64,000 nt of DNA from Candidatus Woesearchaeota archaeon (GTDB taxonomy: Archaea > Nanobdellota > Nanobdellia > Woesearchaeales > GW2011-AR9). The DNA is taken from positions 4,144 to 68,143 of the forward strand of contig JAZDQB010000028.1 of assembly GCA_043797205.1 (NCBI GenBank), in the 5' to 3' direction. Below are positions 37,526-47,844 of the stretch, piece by piece (the first letter of the stretch is position 1; the number at the start of each line of letters is the position of its first letter). The notes under the pieces are model-generated. The model searched no databases, was not told the DNA's origin, and was given only the letters and a program-made list of their open reading frames with translations. Position numbers and translations under genes: made by a program.

Positions 37526-38461
37526 ATGTCCACTCAAATCTTCATCAAGAAGGAAGCCCAAGGAATATACGGAAAATATCCTAATGAAAGAACCCCAGAA
37601 GAATTGATTAAATGCGGCATCGTCAATTTAGACAAGCCTAAAGGACCCACTTCTCATCAAGTTTCTGATTACGCGCAAAGGATTCTGGGAATAACTAAAG
37701 CTGGCCATTCCGGAACTTTGGATCCGCAAGTGACTGGAGTGCAGCCGATTGGATTGGGAAGAGCCACCAGAATTACGGAATTCTTGCTCACTGCGCCCAA
37801 AGAATATGTTGGGATTATGCATTTGCATAAGTTGATAGAAGAATCCTTATTGCAAGCAGGGGTAAAAAAGTTTATCGGAAAGATAAAACAACTTCCGCCC
37901 ATCAAAAGTGCGGTGAAAAGGGAAGTTAGGATTAGAGAGATTTATGAATTTGAACTTTTAGAAATAAAAGGACAGGAAGTTCTCTTCCGCGTCAAATGCC
38001 AGGCCGGAACTTACATCCGAAAGTTGTGCCATGACTTGGGTCAAGAACTAGGTATCGGAGCGCACATGGCTGAATTAAGAAGAACTCAAGCCGGCCCCTT
38101 TACCGAGAAAGATCATCTAGTTACCTTAAACGACTTGGATGATGCTTATCATTTTTATAAGGAAGAAAACAACGATAAATTCATTAAATATTGTTTGCAG
38201 CCGGCTGAATCTGCTCTAGTATATCTCCCAAAATGCTGGATATTAGACAGCGCCATTATCAGTATTACTCATGGCCGAGATTTAGCTATCCCCGGAGTCT
38301 GTAAATTAGAAAATTTCCGTAAAGAAGAAGTAGTCGCCATCCTCAGTTTGAAAGGAGAATTGGTAGCCATGGGAGAAGCCCAAATGTCGGCAGTAGAAAT
38401 TAATACCAAAGATAAGGGTATTGCTATCAAAGTGAAGAAAGTGTTTATGGAGACGGAATAA
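37526..38461 (+). CDS. cbf5: H/ACA RNP pseudouridine synthase Cbf5 (TruB family with PUA domain)
   Basis: GIVNLDKPKGPTSHQV...GHSGTLDPQVTGV is the TruB catalytic motif with its Asp. The C-terminus is PUA-like. Confidence 0.85.
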   Translation: MSTQIFIKKEAQGIYGKYPNERTPEELIKCGIVNLDKPKGPTSHQVSDYAQRILGITKAGHSGTLDPQVTGVQPIGLGRATRITEFLLTAPKEYVGIMHLHKLIEESLLQAGVKKFIGKIKQLPPIKSAVKREVRIREIYEFELLEIKGQEVLFRVKCQAGTYIRKLCHDLGQELGIGAHMAELRRTQAGPFTEKDHLVTLNDLDDAYHFYKEENNDKFIKYCLQPAESALVYLPKCWILDSAIISITHGRDLAIPGVCKLENFRKEEVVAILSLKGELVAMGEAQMSAVEINTKDKGIAIKVKKVFMETE

Positions 38462-38478
38462 GAGATTATAAAATATTT

Positions 38479-39075
38479 TTAATTCAGTTCAATAACCATC
38501 CCTTCCCAACCGGGATTAACCACTTTAGTTTCTCCAATCTTATCCATGGCACCGGCATTTTCATGGATATGTCCGCAAATAGCTAGTTGAGGTTTGATTC
38601 TTTCAATAAAAGCGCGAAAATCCCTATTTCCGACATGATTTCCTTCGATAAAATCAGCGGTAGTGTTGTGAGGCGGCCCATGAGTAATTAGCACTGTTTT
38701 TCTTTCTTTATGTTTACCATACCATTCTCGCGCTATTTTTCTAAATTCGGCATCTTCTCGAGCAAAGCCTCCTTCCCCATAGCCGAGAAAGATATAATTT
38801 CCAATTTCTAAATCCTTTTGGTGAAGATTCATACAGTTAGGATAATTAGGTAAAATGTTATTAAACACTTGATCGCTCTCGTGGTTTCCGGGAATTAAGT
38901 ACATCTTTTTTCCCAAGTTATCCAACTGCCTTAAGACATAACCCAAATTATGTCCGAACTGGCTTAGATCCCCGGCACAAACTAAGAAATCAATATCTTC
39001 TTGCTTAGCTCTTTCCAGTAACTTTTGTAAAACCTTTCTATCTTCATGCAAATCCACAAAAGCCAGAAATTTCAT
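38479..39075 (-). CDS. metallophosphoesterase (calcineurin-like)
   Basis: MKFLAFVDLHED...FLVCAGDLSQFG...LIPGNHES...ITHGPPH...ICGHIHE. Start moved to the internal Met to remove the overlap with S3Ae. Confidence 0.75.
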   Translation of the reverse strand: MKFLAFVDLHEDRKVLQKLLERAKQEDIDFLVCAGDLSQFGHNLGYVLRQLDNLGKKMYLIPGNHESDQVFNNILPNYPNCMNLHQKDLEIGNYIFLGYGEGGFAREDAEFRKIAREWYGKHKERKTVLITHGPPHNTTADFIEGNHVGNRDFRAFIERIKPQLAICGHIHENAGAMDKIGETKVVNPGWEGMVIELN

Positions 39076-39091
39076 AATAAAAGAATAAAAA

Positions 39092-39799
39092 TTATTCTTC
39101 CTTCTCTTCAGCAGCAGTTTCAGGAATCTCTTCTTTTTCTTCCACTTTTTCGGTATTTTCCGGAGCGGAATGGTCTTCAACTACTACTTCTTCCTGAACT
39201 AATCCTTTTTCTTCCAATTTAAGCACGCGGATGGACAAATCTCGTAAAGGATAAATTTTATTCAATCTTTTACGAGCTCCACTCTGAACTTTCTGCGTTA
39301 CTAGGTTAGAAACAAAATTATCAAAACCGGAATTGTTGATTTCTTCTTGAAGAACTTCTTTCAGCTTACTACGTAACATCGCTCCGCGAGAACGTTGAAT
39401 TTTGTTCACCGTAACCATTAAAGTCTTAACAATAACTGCTCGGCCACTTTTAGTTTTAAATTTAAAAGTATCATCTAGACGATTAGCATTTTTACGGATG
39501 GCTCTTTTCACTCCGGCAGTACTTAATTCGTATCCAATTAATACTGTGTTTAAATTACTTCCCATTGCCTTATTGATTTGTAGAACGATATAATTATTCT
39601 GGTCTTTCATATTATTGGTTAATTCTCTTAAACTAACCTTAACTGTTCTTCCAATAGCACTTTCGGGAGAACTTAAATAAGATTCTCCCACTTCCTTATT
39701 GGCAAAAATCTTAGGAGCGATAATTTTGTACCATAATTTCTTTTTAACTTTAATTTTGCTAACTTTCTTTTGTACCTTTTCTTCTTTCTTCTCAGCCAT
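39092..39799 (-). CDS. rps3ae: 30S ribosomal protein S3Ae (eS1)
   Basis: KKKLWYKIIAPKIFANKEVGESYLSSPESAIGRTVKVSLRELTNN is typical of S3Ae. Acidic C-terminal tail. Confidence 0.85.
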   Translation of the reverse strand: MAEKKEEKVQKKVSKIKVKKKLWYKIIAPKIFANKEVGESYLSSPESAIGRTVKVSLRELTNNMKDQNNYIVLQINKAMGSNLNTVLIGYELSTAGVKRAIRKNANRLDDTFKFKTKSGRAVIVKTLMVTVNKIQRSRGAMLRSKLKEVLQEEINNSGFDNFVSNLVTQKVQSGARKRLNKIYPLRDLSIRVLKLEEKGLVQEEVVVEDHSAPENTEKVEEKEEIPETAAEEKEE

Positions 39800-39940
39800 T
39801 TTTATTGAAACCTCAATGATTGTTTAATAATTATTATCTTTAGGGTTATAACTAATAGCTTAGATACCCCATTTAAGTTTAAATTAGAAAGCTATTTAAA
39901 AAGGTTGTGGGCAAAAAATATATTTACCCCCGTTCCCTTC

Positions 39941-40750
39941 TTAAGGTTGTAAGGTCAACCCTTCTGGTAGGCTTACTTCTACTGGACTAACTGCTCCCGC
40001 TCCGGCAGAAATAGAAGTAAAAGTATGCGTTTCCAAAATCACTTCTTCGTCGTTATTATTCAAGATATAAACAATCCGTTTGATGGGCAAGCCATAAAAG
40101 TTATCTACCCACAACTTTTCTAAAGTTCCGTCCGGTAGTTTAGAAACAATTAAAGTTGCTTCACGATTATCAAACAGCTCCTCGCTGCTTAAGGATTTAG
40201 CGGTTCGATCCAGCTTTTCTACCAAATCTAACGGAGTAATCTTCACCAATTCTTCAAAATAGTTGAGAATTAAATATTTCCCTTCCATTTCATCACAAGA
40301 AATACCTTTTAGAGTGCAAGTTCCATAAGCAGTATGCTTAACATTATCTAGATATACTTCATTATAAGAAAACCTTTTGTTAAGGAATTGGGTTTGAGAA
40401 TACTCTTTTTTTACCTTTGTATTGTAAACATAAACTTTATAACTGTTATCTTCAATATACAACCCGTTAGGATTACGATAATTAGAGATATAATAATAAT
40501 GATAATTTTTAATATTACTACTTTTCAACTTTAATTCTTGTACCCAGATGTTGGTAGGAAGAGACTTTTCTTCTACTTCTTCTGTTAAAACTCCTACTGC
40601 TGCTCCCGTAATTCCGCTCGGAATATCCTCTTTCGGAGAAGTATCTACAGGAGTATTAGCTGTCTGTTGATCAGAAACCGTACTGCTACAGGCCGTTATT
40701 AAACTCACCACTAGCAACAATCCTAAAACCATTAAAATATTTATTTTCAT
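39941..40750 (-). CDS. hypothetical lipoprotein
   Basis: Signal peptide ending in the lipobox LITAC. Confidence 0.5.
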   Translation of the reverse strand: MKINILMVLGLLLVVSLITACSSTVSDQQTANTPVDTSPKEDIPSGITGAAVGVLTEEVEEKSLPTNIWVQELKLKSSNIKNYHYYYISNYRNPNGLYIEDNSYKVYVYNTKVKKEYSQTQFLNKRFSYNEVYLDNVKHTAYGTCTLKGISCDEMEGKYLILNYFEELVKITPLDLVEKLDRTAKSLSSEELFDNREATLIVSKLPDGTLEKLWVDNFYGLPIKRIVYILNNNDEEVILETHTFTSISAGAGAVSPVEVSLPEGLTLQP

Positions 40751-40833
40751 CTTATCCCTCTTTAGAAAAAGAAGAACTATGCCTATTTAAACGTATCGCT
40801 AGTGAAGAAGATAATTAAAAATAATATCCCAAA

Positions 40834-41979
40834 TTAAATTACCTTAAACCCTTTCAATTCCAGAATCTTCTTTACGGAAGCATCGATCTGCTCCAAGGAA
40901 ATTTTTCCTTCTTCCACTGCTGCCCTTACCACTTGAATCATATGATAGATCTCGTTAGGATCCTCATTAAAATTAATTATTACATCATTTCCAGCCGCGA
41001 ATACCGCCAGGTACAACTCGTCTGGAGAAGAATAATAATCTTTCAATCCGAGCATGTTCACTTCATCGCTAAAGATTATTCCATAAAAACTACTTTTCAA
41101 ATCGTTTAAAGCTTCTACAGAAACTACGGCTGGTTTTCCAAAGGAGTCCACCGCCCCGCTAGAGATGATGTGGCTGACCATCATCCCTTTTAATTCTTTA
41201 TCTTGAGATAAGATAGTAAAGGGATAAACGTCATTAGCTTCTATCTCCGCCGAAACGATATATTTATGCGGATCACGCACTACTAACGTCTTTCCGGGAT
41301 AATGTTTAGCCGTAGCGATGATACTTTCGCTGTGCAAACCATTAATATAAGCTTGAGCTAGTTTGGTAACTTCTTCTTTATCTCCCGGAAAACTGCGACA
41401 GTTCCAAATTTCGTCTTTAAGATCTACCACGGGAGAAAAGTCTACTGTAAAACCAAGTTGGTGTAAAAATGCTCCTTCTTCTTTACCAGCAGCATAGGCT
41501 TCTTCTTCCGTAGAAATATCTCTTAAAGCAGTAAAATTGCGGAAATAAGAGAAAGGATTCCAACATCCTTCCAAATCGGCAGTAACTAAGAACGGAATAG
41601 TGACATTTTCTTGATATTTAGAAATCAGTTCTTGATATAGTTGTGCGTCCTTCATAGCAAATAGATGTATTCCGCCTATTTGCATCTTTTTCCAGGCTTC
41701 CAAGTTCCATTGGCCCCCATGCACAATCACCATTTGAGCAATTTTTTGGTCTAAAGTGAGTGAATCTAAAGAAATCACCTTATCTTTAATTTCGATTGGT
41801 TTCTGAGAAGGAATGAGCCAACCACTAGCTTTAGCTACGTTCAAGAAAGCCAAAGCAAGAACTACCATCAATAGTCCAAAAAATAATTTCTTATGGACGT
41901 TCCACTTTTTATCTTTAACTTTCTGGTTTTGGTTCTTTTTTTTGCTTTTGGTTTTGTTCATAAAATATTCTATCTCCAA
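40834..41979 (-). CDS. glycoside hydrolase family 3 N-terminal-domain protein (NagZ-like beta-hexosaminidase)
   Basis: N-terminal TM. Blocks KHYPG, VSHIISSGAVD and GIIFSDEVNMLG are GH3-like. Confidence 0.7.
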   Translation of the reverse strand: MEIEYFMNKTKSKKKNQNQKVKDKKWNVHKKLFFGLLMVVLALAFLNVAKASGWLIPSQKPIEIKDKVISLDSLTLDQKIAQMVIVHGGQWNLEAWKKMQIGGIHLFAMKDAQLYQELISKYQENVTIPFLVTADLEGCWNPFSYFRNFTALRDISTEEEAYAAGKEEGAFLHQLGFTVDFSPVVDLKDEIWNCRSFPGDKEEVTKLAQAYINGLHSESIIATAKHYPGKTLVVRDPHKYIVSAEIEANDVYPFTILSQDKELKGMMVSHIISSGAVDSFGKPAVVSVEALNDLKSSFYGIIFSDEVNMLGLKDYYSSPDELYLAVFAAGNDVIINFNEDPNEIYHMIQVVRAAVEEGKISLEQIDASVKKILELKGFKVI

Positions 41980-42329
41980 TAACTCTGTTGCTGACAGTAG
42001 CGGTAAACTTTGCTGTTCAAACCATAACTTACACTGCCACTTCCGGTTTTACAGATCCAATCGATTCTTCCTAAATCCGTCTGCTGTTGGTAAAAGAAAC
42101 ATTCTAACTGTTTTCTTGCTTCTAAGCAGCAAGAATCTATTTCCGGCCAGGAATTAAGTTGTCCTTGCCAATTAACTACGCACAAAGGTTCTTCTCGATC
42201 TAACACATATTGCACTTGACCTAAGGAAGGAAGAGTGATTCCAAAGAAACTTAGAAGCAGAAGCAGAGCTATTACACCTAAAGAGACATTAACCACTATC
42301 CACACTTTAGAAGGAACCTCTTTTAACAT
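41970..42329 (-). CDS. small Cys-rich secreted/membrane hypothetical protein
   Basis: Signal-anchor plus 8 Cys. Confidence 0.4.
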   Translation of the reverse strand: MLKEVPSKVWIVVNVSLGVIALLLLLSFFGITLPSLGQVQYVLDREEPLCVVNWQGQLNSWPEIDSCCLEARKQLECFFYQQQTDLGRIDWICKTGSGSVSYGLNSKVYRYCQQQSYWR

Positions 42330-42444
42330 ATCTTAAATAAAAAGAAAAATTATATATAAAACTATCCCCTTTCTAGCTAAAGTATCTTAAATTGAACAAT
42401 TTAAGTTTAAAATCAACAAAATCAATATCTTGAGGTAAAAATCC

Positions 42445-42699
42445 ATGGAAGTCAAAATTTACAGCACCCCTACCTGCACTTGGTGCCAGAAGGCTAAAGA
42501 GTGGTTCAAAAAGAATAAAGTTTCTTTTCAGGATATGGATATTACTGAAAGCGACACTTATCGTGATGAACTGATTGAGAAATCACACCAAATGGCCGTT
42601 CCCGTAATTGATATTGATGGTAAGATATTTGTAGGATTCCAAGAAAAAGTGATGGAAGGAATCTTTCCCAAGGAAGAGAAGAAAGGAAAGAAGAAGTAA
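42445..42699 (+). CDS. glutaredoxin-like protein
   Basis: KIYSTPTCTWCQKAKEWF carries the CxxC thioredoxin-fold motif. 84 aa. Confidence 0.7.
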   Translation: MEVKIYSTPTCTWCQKAKEWFKKNKVSFQDMDITESDTYRDELIEKSHQMAVPVIDIDGKIFVGFQEKVMEGIFPKEEKKGKKK

Positions 42700-42717
42700 A
42701 ATAATTATTTTAAAGTC

Positions 42718-43674
42718 TTAAATATTTTTTAATATTTCCTTAACATCCTTATTCTCATACAAGATTTGTTGTACTCCTTGAATAATGGGCAGTTTAAGAT
42801 GAAACTGTTCTGCCAGAATTAAAGCAGATTTTAAGGATGTAACTCCTTCCGCCACCATTTTCATTTCTGCTAGAACCTCATCCAATTTTCTGCCTTTGCC
42901 TACCTGCTCTCCCACATAAAAGTTACGGGAATGCACACTGGTACAGGTTACAATCATGTCGCCTAATCCGGCTAATCCATAAAAAGTTTCTTTCTTCGCT
43001 CCCAATTTCAATCCTAAGGTCTTTATTTCTTCTAAACCTTTAGTCAATACATAAGCTCGAGCATTGTCCCCTTCTCCCTTTCCAGCTAAGATCCCTAGCA
43101 TAATGGCTAAGATGTTCTTTAAGGAAGCGGCTATTTGCACCCCAATTATATCATTACTTAATTCAACTCGCAGAGAATCGTCTTCTAGCATTTTTTTGAG
43201 TTTTTGCTTTCCTTTACCTCCCGCCAACACTATTCCAGAAAATTTGCCATGGCACACTTCTTCCGCATGCGTCGGACCATATAAGCAATAAACGTTTCCG
43301 GAATATTTTTCTTGCACTGCTTCACTTAAGAGCTTATTTCTGGAAGCGAATCCTTTCGAACAAATGAGCAATGGAACTGCTGATTGCTGCTGTAAGTGCG
43401 GTAAAGCGTTCTCTAATGTTGCTTCCACCTTATCCGAAGGAACCACCATTAACACTAAACTACATCCAGGAAGAACTTCTTCCATCTTCGAAGAAATAAA
43501 AACGTTTTCGGGAATGTGCGCTTGATGCAGTAACGGACACACTCTCTTTTCCTGCATCTCTTGTGCTTGTTCTACTACGAATTCCCACACTTTAACTGGA
43601 TGTTTTTTAGCGAGATGAATAGCTAGAGCGGTACCCCAGCTTCCTCCACCCAGAATAGCGATGTATTTTTTCAT
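42718..43674 (-). CDS. gpsA: NAD(P)H-dependent glycerol-3-phosphate dehydrogenase (GpsA-like)
   Basis: MKKYIAILGGGSWGTALAIHLAKK is the Rossmann GxGxxG. GpsA-like length and blocks. Confidence 0.75.
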   Translation of the reverse strand: MKKYIAILGGGSWGTALAIHLAKKHPVKVWEFVVEQAQEMQEKRVCPLLHQAHIPENVFISSKMEEVLPGCSLVLMVVPSDKVEATLENALPHLQQQSAVPLLICSKGFASRNKLLSEAVQEKYSGNVYCLYGPTHAEEVCHGKFSGIVLAGGKGKQKLKKMLEDDSLRVELSNDIIGVQIAASLKNILAIMLGILAGKGEGDNARAYVLTKGLEEIKTLGLKLGAKKETFYGLAGLGDMIVTCTSVHSRNFYVGEQVGKGRKLDEVLAEMKMVAEGVTSLKSALILAEQFHLKLPIIQGVQQILYENKDVKEILKNI

Positions 43675-43726
43675 TAGAGCTAAATAAATCAAATTTGTTT
43701 AAAAGGATTGTGGAAGAATAGGAAAT

Positions 43727-44050
43727 TCACTTCACCAACGTCAATTTCAGTCTCTGCTCCCAACGATATTGATAAGTAAAACCCACATAAAAGGTAGTAG
43801 AATAAGAAGTACCTTCTTTTATCGTTCCTTTACAGATCAATATTCCTTCCTGCTGTTTATCGGAGAAAGATAAACTTTTTTCCTCGTTCTTTCCGGAAAA
43901 ACTGCACACCAACTTTTCTCCCCCTAATTGAGAATTGATTAAAGTAACATTCTGTACTTTTCCTTGACCCTTATTCTTTATCTGCAAACGGAACTCTACT
44001 TCTCCCCCATTACCGGTGTCGGGATAAATAATTTCTTCCATACTAGCCAC
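43727..44050 (-). CDS. hypothetical small protein (last gene of a 4-gene surface-protein cluster)
   Basis: ORF only. Own SD GGTGG. Same frame as the upstream gene, separated by a single TGA. Confidence 0.4.
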   Translation of the reverse strand: MASMEEIIYPDTGNGGEVEFRLQIKNKGQGKVQNVTLINSQLGGEKLVCSFSGKNEEKSLSFSDKQQEGILICKGTIKEGTSYSTTFYVGFTYQYRWEQRLKLTLVK

Positions 44051-44053
44051 CGC

Positions 44054-44596
44054 TCAAGGAGCTCCCTGCCCAGCATAACTATTTTTGTTCTTAATCTTAC
44101 AGCCGGCATCAAAAACATCATAAGAATTGGGATTTAAGCACACCGTATCCACAAAATCAAACTTGGAATCGTAGCTTATCTCTAGAAAATAATTTCCCAT
44201 ATATTGTTCAGAGTTAGAGAATAACTGTCCGGCTGCGCCGATAAACTCGATTCGTTCCTGTCCTCCCAAAGGAGTTAAAGCGGTTCTTCCTTCCAAAGAA
44301 GAAAAAGTTTCGCTATTATGATCTAATCGAAAATACTTTTCATCCAATCCTATTATTTCTACCTTCCCATTAGTTACCGGATAAGCCGCTTCATTAGATA
44401 GGTCCATAATCATCCGAAAAGAGGAATAGGGATAAATTTTTTCAGGAGGAGCATTGGGCAGGAAAGTTACTTTCAGTTCGCTTACTCCGGTCTGAAAATT
44501 ATAACTAGTTTTCTTCATCGGAACAGAAGAACCACATCCGAGCAGAAGTAAAGCTACGACCAAAAGTACCATGAAATGTAGATTATTTTGCCTCAT
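44054..44596 (-). CDS. hypothetical lipoprotein
   Basis: Signal peptide with lipobox LLLGCGSS. Confidence 0.5.
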   Translation of the reverse strand: MRQNNLHFMVLLVVALLLLGCGSSVPMKKTSYNFQTGVSELKVTFLPNAPPEKIYPYSSFRMIMDLSNEAAYPVTNGKVEIIGLDEKYFRLDHNSETFSSLEGRTALTPLGGQERIEFIGAAGQLFSNSEQYMGNYFLEISYDSKFDFVDTVCLNPNSYDVFDAGCKIKNKNSYAGQGAP

Positions 44597-46542
44597 GAAA
44601 CCAAAGTCACCCGGATGGATTCTTCTTTCTTAATTTTATAATCGTATTTTAATTCCGCTTCAAACTCTCGATAAATATACATTTCGGGGTTAGTAAATTC
44701 CAAAGGTAAACTTTGGATGATACATCCTGGAAGGTAAATATCTTTTTTTAGTTTCTTAGACGAAGGAGCAACATCGCCATTTAAACATTTACTATCAGCA
44801 GGATCGGGTAAAAATCCGTCCAAATTTATTTTATACTGCCAAACTTTAGTAATCTCTCCCGGACCGACATTCTCGATCATTGATTGCAATAAAATAGTCT
44901 TTCCGCTTTCAATAATCGGATAACTTCCTGAATGACCAAAAGCAAAGTTCAAACGAGCAAAATCTTCCGGACCTACCGAAGTATAAACCTTATTGGGAAA
45001 ATGAGCGTCAAATATTTTATTGCTACTAATCCAATCTTTTTTCCACTGTTCGCTTTTAGTTCCGATAAATACTCGTGCCAGACGCGAAGTAGTATTTAAT
45101 CCAGTTAATTCTGCCGTAAAGGTTAGCTTATACGAACCATTCAATTTGGGTTCACCAGGATAAGTGCAATAGATCAATTTACTTTGCGTCGCTTGATCCA
45201 CGTAAAACTTGTTATCTCCGGCAGTTCCGGCTTCGAGATAATTGATTCTGTCTCCCCCGCTAATTTTTCCCAAGAAAGATTTAGGATTGGATTTAGTTTC
45301 AGTAAAATTACAGTTAACTTCCACCATAAACTGCTGCTCGCGGGGATTAGTAATCTTCACTTCTACCGGATATTGAATTTGATAATTGTCTGTAGAATAA
45401 ATAGTTGATTCTCGCGGGAAGAATTTATCCGTAACTAATTCTGCTCGCGTCGGCATCTTGATGGTGGGATCATTTACTCCTGTAACTTGAATTAAATCTT
45501 TCTCTCGTTTATCTTTTCGATCTTTCAGACATTGGTCAAACTGAGGAGTTCCTTTATCAATTTCTTCCACGTTCTTACAGTAGAATTCGTCTTCAGCTAA
45601 ATCTTGTCTTTCCTTCACGCATTGAGCCACATCCGATCTCCCATCAAAGATACAAATCATATTAGAAACAAACGGATTTTCTCCGCTAAATTTTTCGGTG
45701 GCTTGTTTCTGAGCATTAGCCAGAGTTTCTGGAGTAGGCAGAATAGATTCGTTACCAAAAGCAGGAACAGCAGAACCCACGCAGACAATAACAATGTACA
45801 TTATACCCACCACTCGCACCACTTCCATAAAAGTGCTAAGCTTGCTTTTCTCTTCCGTAGGAAAACAGAACAGTCCTAACAGGGACCACCAGGGCATGTA
45901 TTGAATTAAATTATTAATAATGGTCGTCAACCTTAACTCTATCCCTCCGAAAAGCAGCGCCAGCAAGCCCATGTCCAAAAACAAAAAAATAATTGGAACG
46001 AAAGCCCAAGCTGCCGCCTTAAATCCTTCTCCTTTAGTAGCGATACCTAAAATAAGAATTATCGCCCCGGTGATTATCCCAAAATACGTTAAATTAGAAA
46101 GAGTAGAACCGTAAATAAAGTACCACACCATAAAAGCAAAAATAACTATCCAGCCACCGATTTTCTTTTCTATCATTTTCTTTTCTTCTAAGAAAGTAAA
46201 AAATACGTACGCTCCAAATAAAAACATTAACAAGGTGAAATAATTAATTGCTCCGGTATTCGTTCTCAAGAAGAAAAAATGTACTAATCCCACTAAAAAG
46301 AGCAAAAAACTTTGCTGTTTGAGCAAGTTCATTACTCCTTCGCCCACTGTAGCCCCCGCACCCCACAGCGCTCCTTGCGCGGCACTCCCTCCCGCACTTA
46401 CTGCTCCACCCACCTTACTAGCAGCTTTTCCTAAAGCCGGAGCTAGAGCTTTTCCAATTCCAGTAGCAGCAGCCTTTTCCGCCACCTTTCCTCCTGCTCC
46501 GGATGCTGCTGCACCCTTACCAAACCAACTACTTATACCCAT
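44593..46542 (-). CDS. polytopic membrane protein with Gly/Ala-rich N-terminus and large extracellular C-terminal domain
   Basis: About 70 aa of G/A/K-rich N-terminus, about 8 TM helices, then about 400 aa of soluble Cys-containing domain. Confidence 0.5.
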   Translation of the reverse strand: MGISSWFGKGAAASGAGGKVAEKAAATGIGKALAPALGKAASKVGGAVSAGGSAAQGALWGAGATVGEGVMNLLKQQSFLLFLVGLVHFFFLRTNTGAINYFTLLMFLFGAYVFFTFLEEKKMIEKKIGGWIVIFAFMVWYFIYGSTLSNLTYFGIITGAIILILGIATKGEGFKAAAWAFVPIIFLFLDMGLLALLFGGIELRLTTIINNLIQYMPWWSLLGLFCFPTEEKSKLSTFMEVVRVVGIMYIVIVCVGSAVPAFGNESILPTPETLANAQKQATEKFSGENPFVSNMICIFDGRSDVAQCVKERQDLAEDEFYCKNVEEIDKGTPQFDQCLKDRKDKREKDLIQVTGVNDPTIKMPTRAELVTDKFFPRESTIYSTDNYQIQYPVEVKITNPREQQFMVEVNCNFTETKSNPKSFLGKISGGDRINYLEAGTAGDNKFYVDQATQSKLIYCTYPGEPKLNGSYKLTFTAELTGLNTTSRLARVFIGTKSEQWKKDWISSNKIFDAHFPNKVYTSVGPEDFARLNFAFGHSGSYPIIESGKTILLQSMIENVGPGEITKVWQYKINLDGFLPDPADSKCLNGDVAPSSKKLKKDIYLPGCIIQSLPLEFTNPEMYIYREFEAELKYDYKIKKEESIRVTLVS

Positions 46543-46600
46543 CCTTACCTCTTTTTTAATGTTATTAAACTAATGATTAAATGAAGATTAAAAATAAAAT

Positions 46601-47791
46601 TTAGGAAATCAAATCCGCTCTTAACTCTCGTACTTCTACCGTCTTGCGCGGCTTGATTTTAATGGCATTATTCCCCTGCACTACATCCGAACTAATATTC
46701 ATTTTCATAGAGAGTGCTTTAGTATCAAAGCCGTAATAATGACCATTAACCAAGATATCTCCATACTTGCTTTCTCCATCATCCACAAAGTAAACTTTCA
46801 ATTCTACCGACTTGCTTCCGTTAACGATATCACTATAAGTCTCGTGAGATAGTCCGAAGTAATAAGTAGGAAAATCCAACTCTTTAAGTTTTGAAGTTAT
46901 AGAAACATGTGATAAGACATAACTGCCTCTTTCCGTCTGGAAGACTAAACTGTTTTCATTCTCTTGAATTAAATTTGGAGCAATCTCTATTGGTACTAAA
47001 GCCAATTCGCAGTCGGGAATACTGTTATAAATCTCATTATTGTTGAGAGCGACTCTTAATTTTCCCACCTTTCCATTTTTGCATTCCGGTTGGAAACGCA
47101 AAACTACTTTTTCCAGGTTACGCTTTTCCGTCTCCGAAACTAAGAACACTTGTTTAGAATATTGCCCTTCTAAGTTAGTAATTTGTCCCACCACTTTCGC
47201 TTCTTCAATGGAAACTTCGTTAGTAGCCCAGAAGGCCATTCCGGGAGAAGAAACTCCAAAAATCAATTCGTTACTCTCCTTCAAGCTGTTCTGGGGAAGA
47301 TTTAAGGTAAGAGAATTATCTGCTTCCACTGGAGCATTAAAAACGGTTTCTCCGTTAAGAAGAATATTCAAGCGACCACTAACTTCTTTAACTTTAAAGT
47401 TAAGCATCACTTCTTTAGTATTAACTAAATCGTTAACTTCAAATTTAAATATACTTTCTTCATGGCCGAAAAGATTTTTGCGAGCGTAAATCAAACTTTT
47501 TTCCGCTAGAATTTCACTTTGTGCTTGAGTAAACACTTGCACTACCGGCAAAGGATGCTCCATATCCCGGCGAGCTAAATAATCTATTTTTCCGGGAGAA
47601 GTTAACAACAAATTGGACGCTCCACTTCCACTAGAAGAGCTGATAGAACTGCTAGAAGATTTATCTCCCAACAATTCCGCCCGCTCTTGGGGCGGCATTA
47701 ATACAATAAACATAATTAATAATCCAGCCACGATAGCTAGAAAAAGGGCTGCTCCAGCCGCAGATTGTCCTCTTTTTGTGTACGATACCAT
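46601..47791 (-). CDS. secreted protein with possible class III (type IV pilin-like) signal peptide
   Basis: MVSYTKRGQ|SAAGAALFLAIVAGLLIMFIVLM has a basic segment, then G-Q, then a hydrophobic stretch, as in archaeal prepilin signals. Tentative. Confidence 0.45.
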   Translation of the reverse strand: MVSYTKRGQSAAGAALFLAIVAGLLIMFIVLMPPQERAELLGDKSSSSSISSSSGSGASNLLLTSPGKIDYLARRDMEHPLPVVQVFTQAQSEILAEKSLIYARKNLFGHEESIFKFEVNDLVNTKEVMLNFKVKEVSGRLNILLNGETVFNAPVEADNSLTLNLPQNSLKESNELIFGVSSPGMAFWATNEVSIEEAKVVGQITNLEGQYSKQVFLVSETEKRNLEKVVLRFQPECKNGKVGKLRVALNNNEIYNSIPDCELALVPIEIAPNLIQENENSLVFQTERGSYVLSHVSITSKLKELDFPTYYFGLSHETYSDIVNGSKSVELKVYFVDDGESKYGDILVNGHYYGFDTKALSMKMNISSDVVQGNNAIKIKPRKTVEVRELRADLIS

Positions 47792-47844
47792 AATACCCTA
47801 ATAAAATCAAGGGATATATAAATTTAATCTGTTTTCAAGCTAAT

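Noticed and set aside
43727-44596. Two ORFs in the same frame separated by a single TGA (possible readthrough, Sec, or recoded UGA)
   Set aside because: The downstream ORF has its own SD (GGTGG) and start. No SECIS-like structure is seen. Other genes in the window terminate normally with TGA. A pair of coupled genes is the simpler reading.
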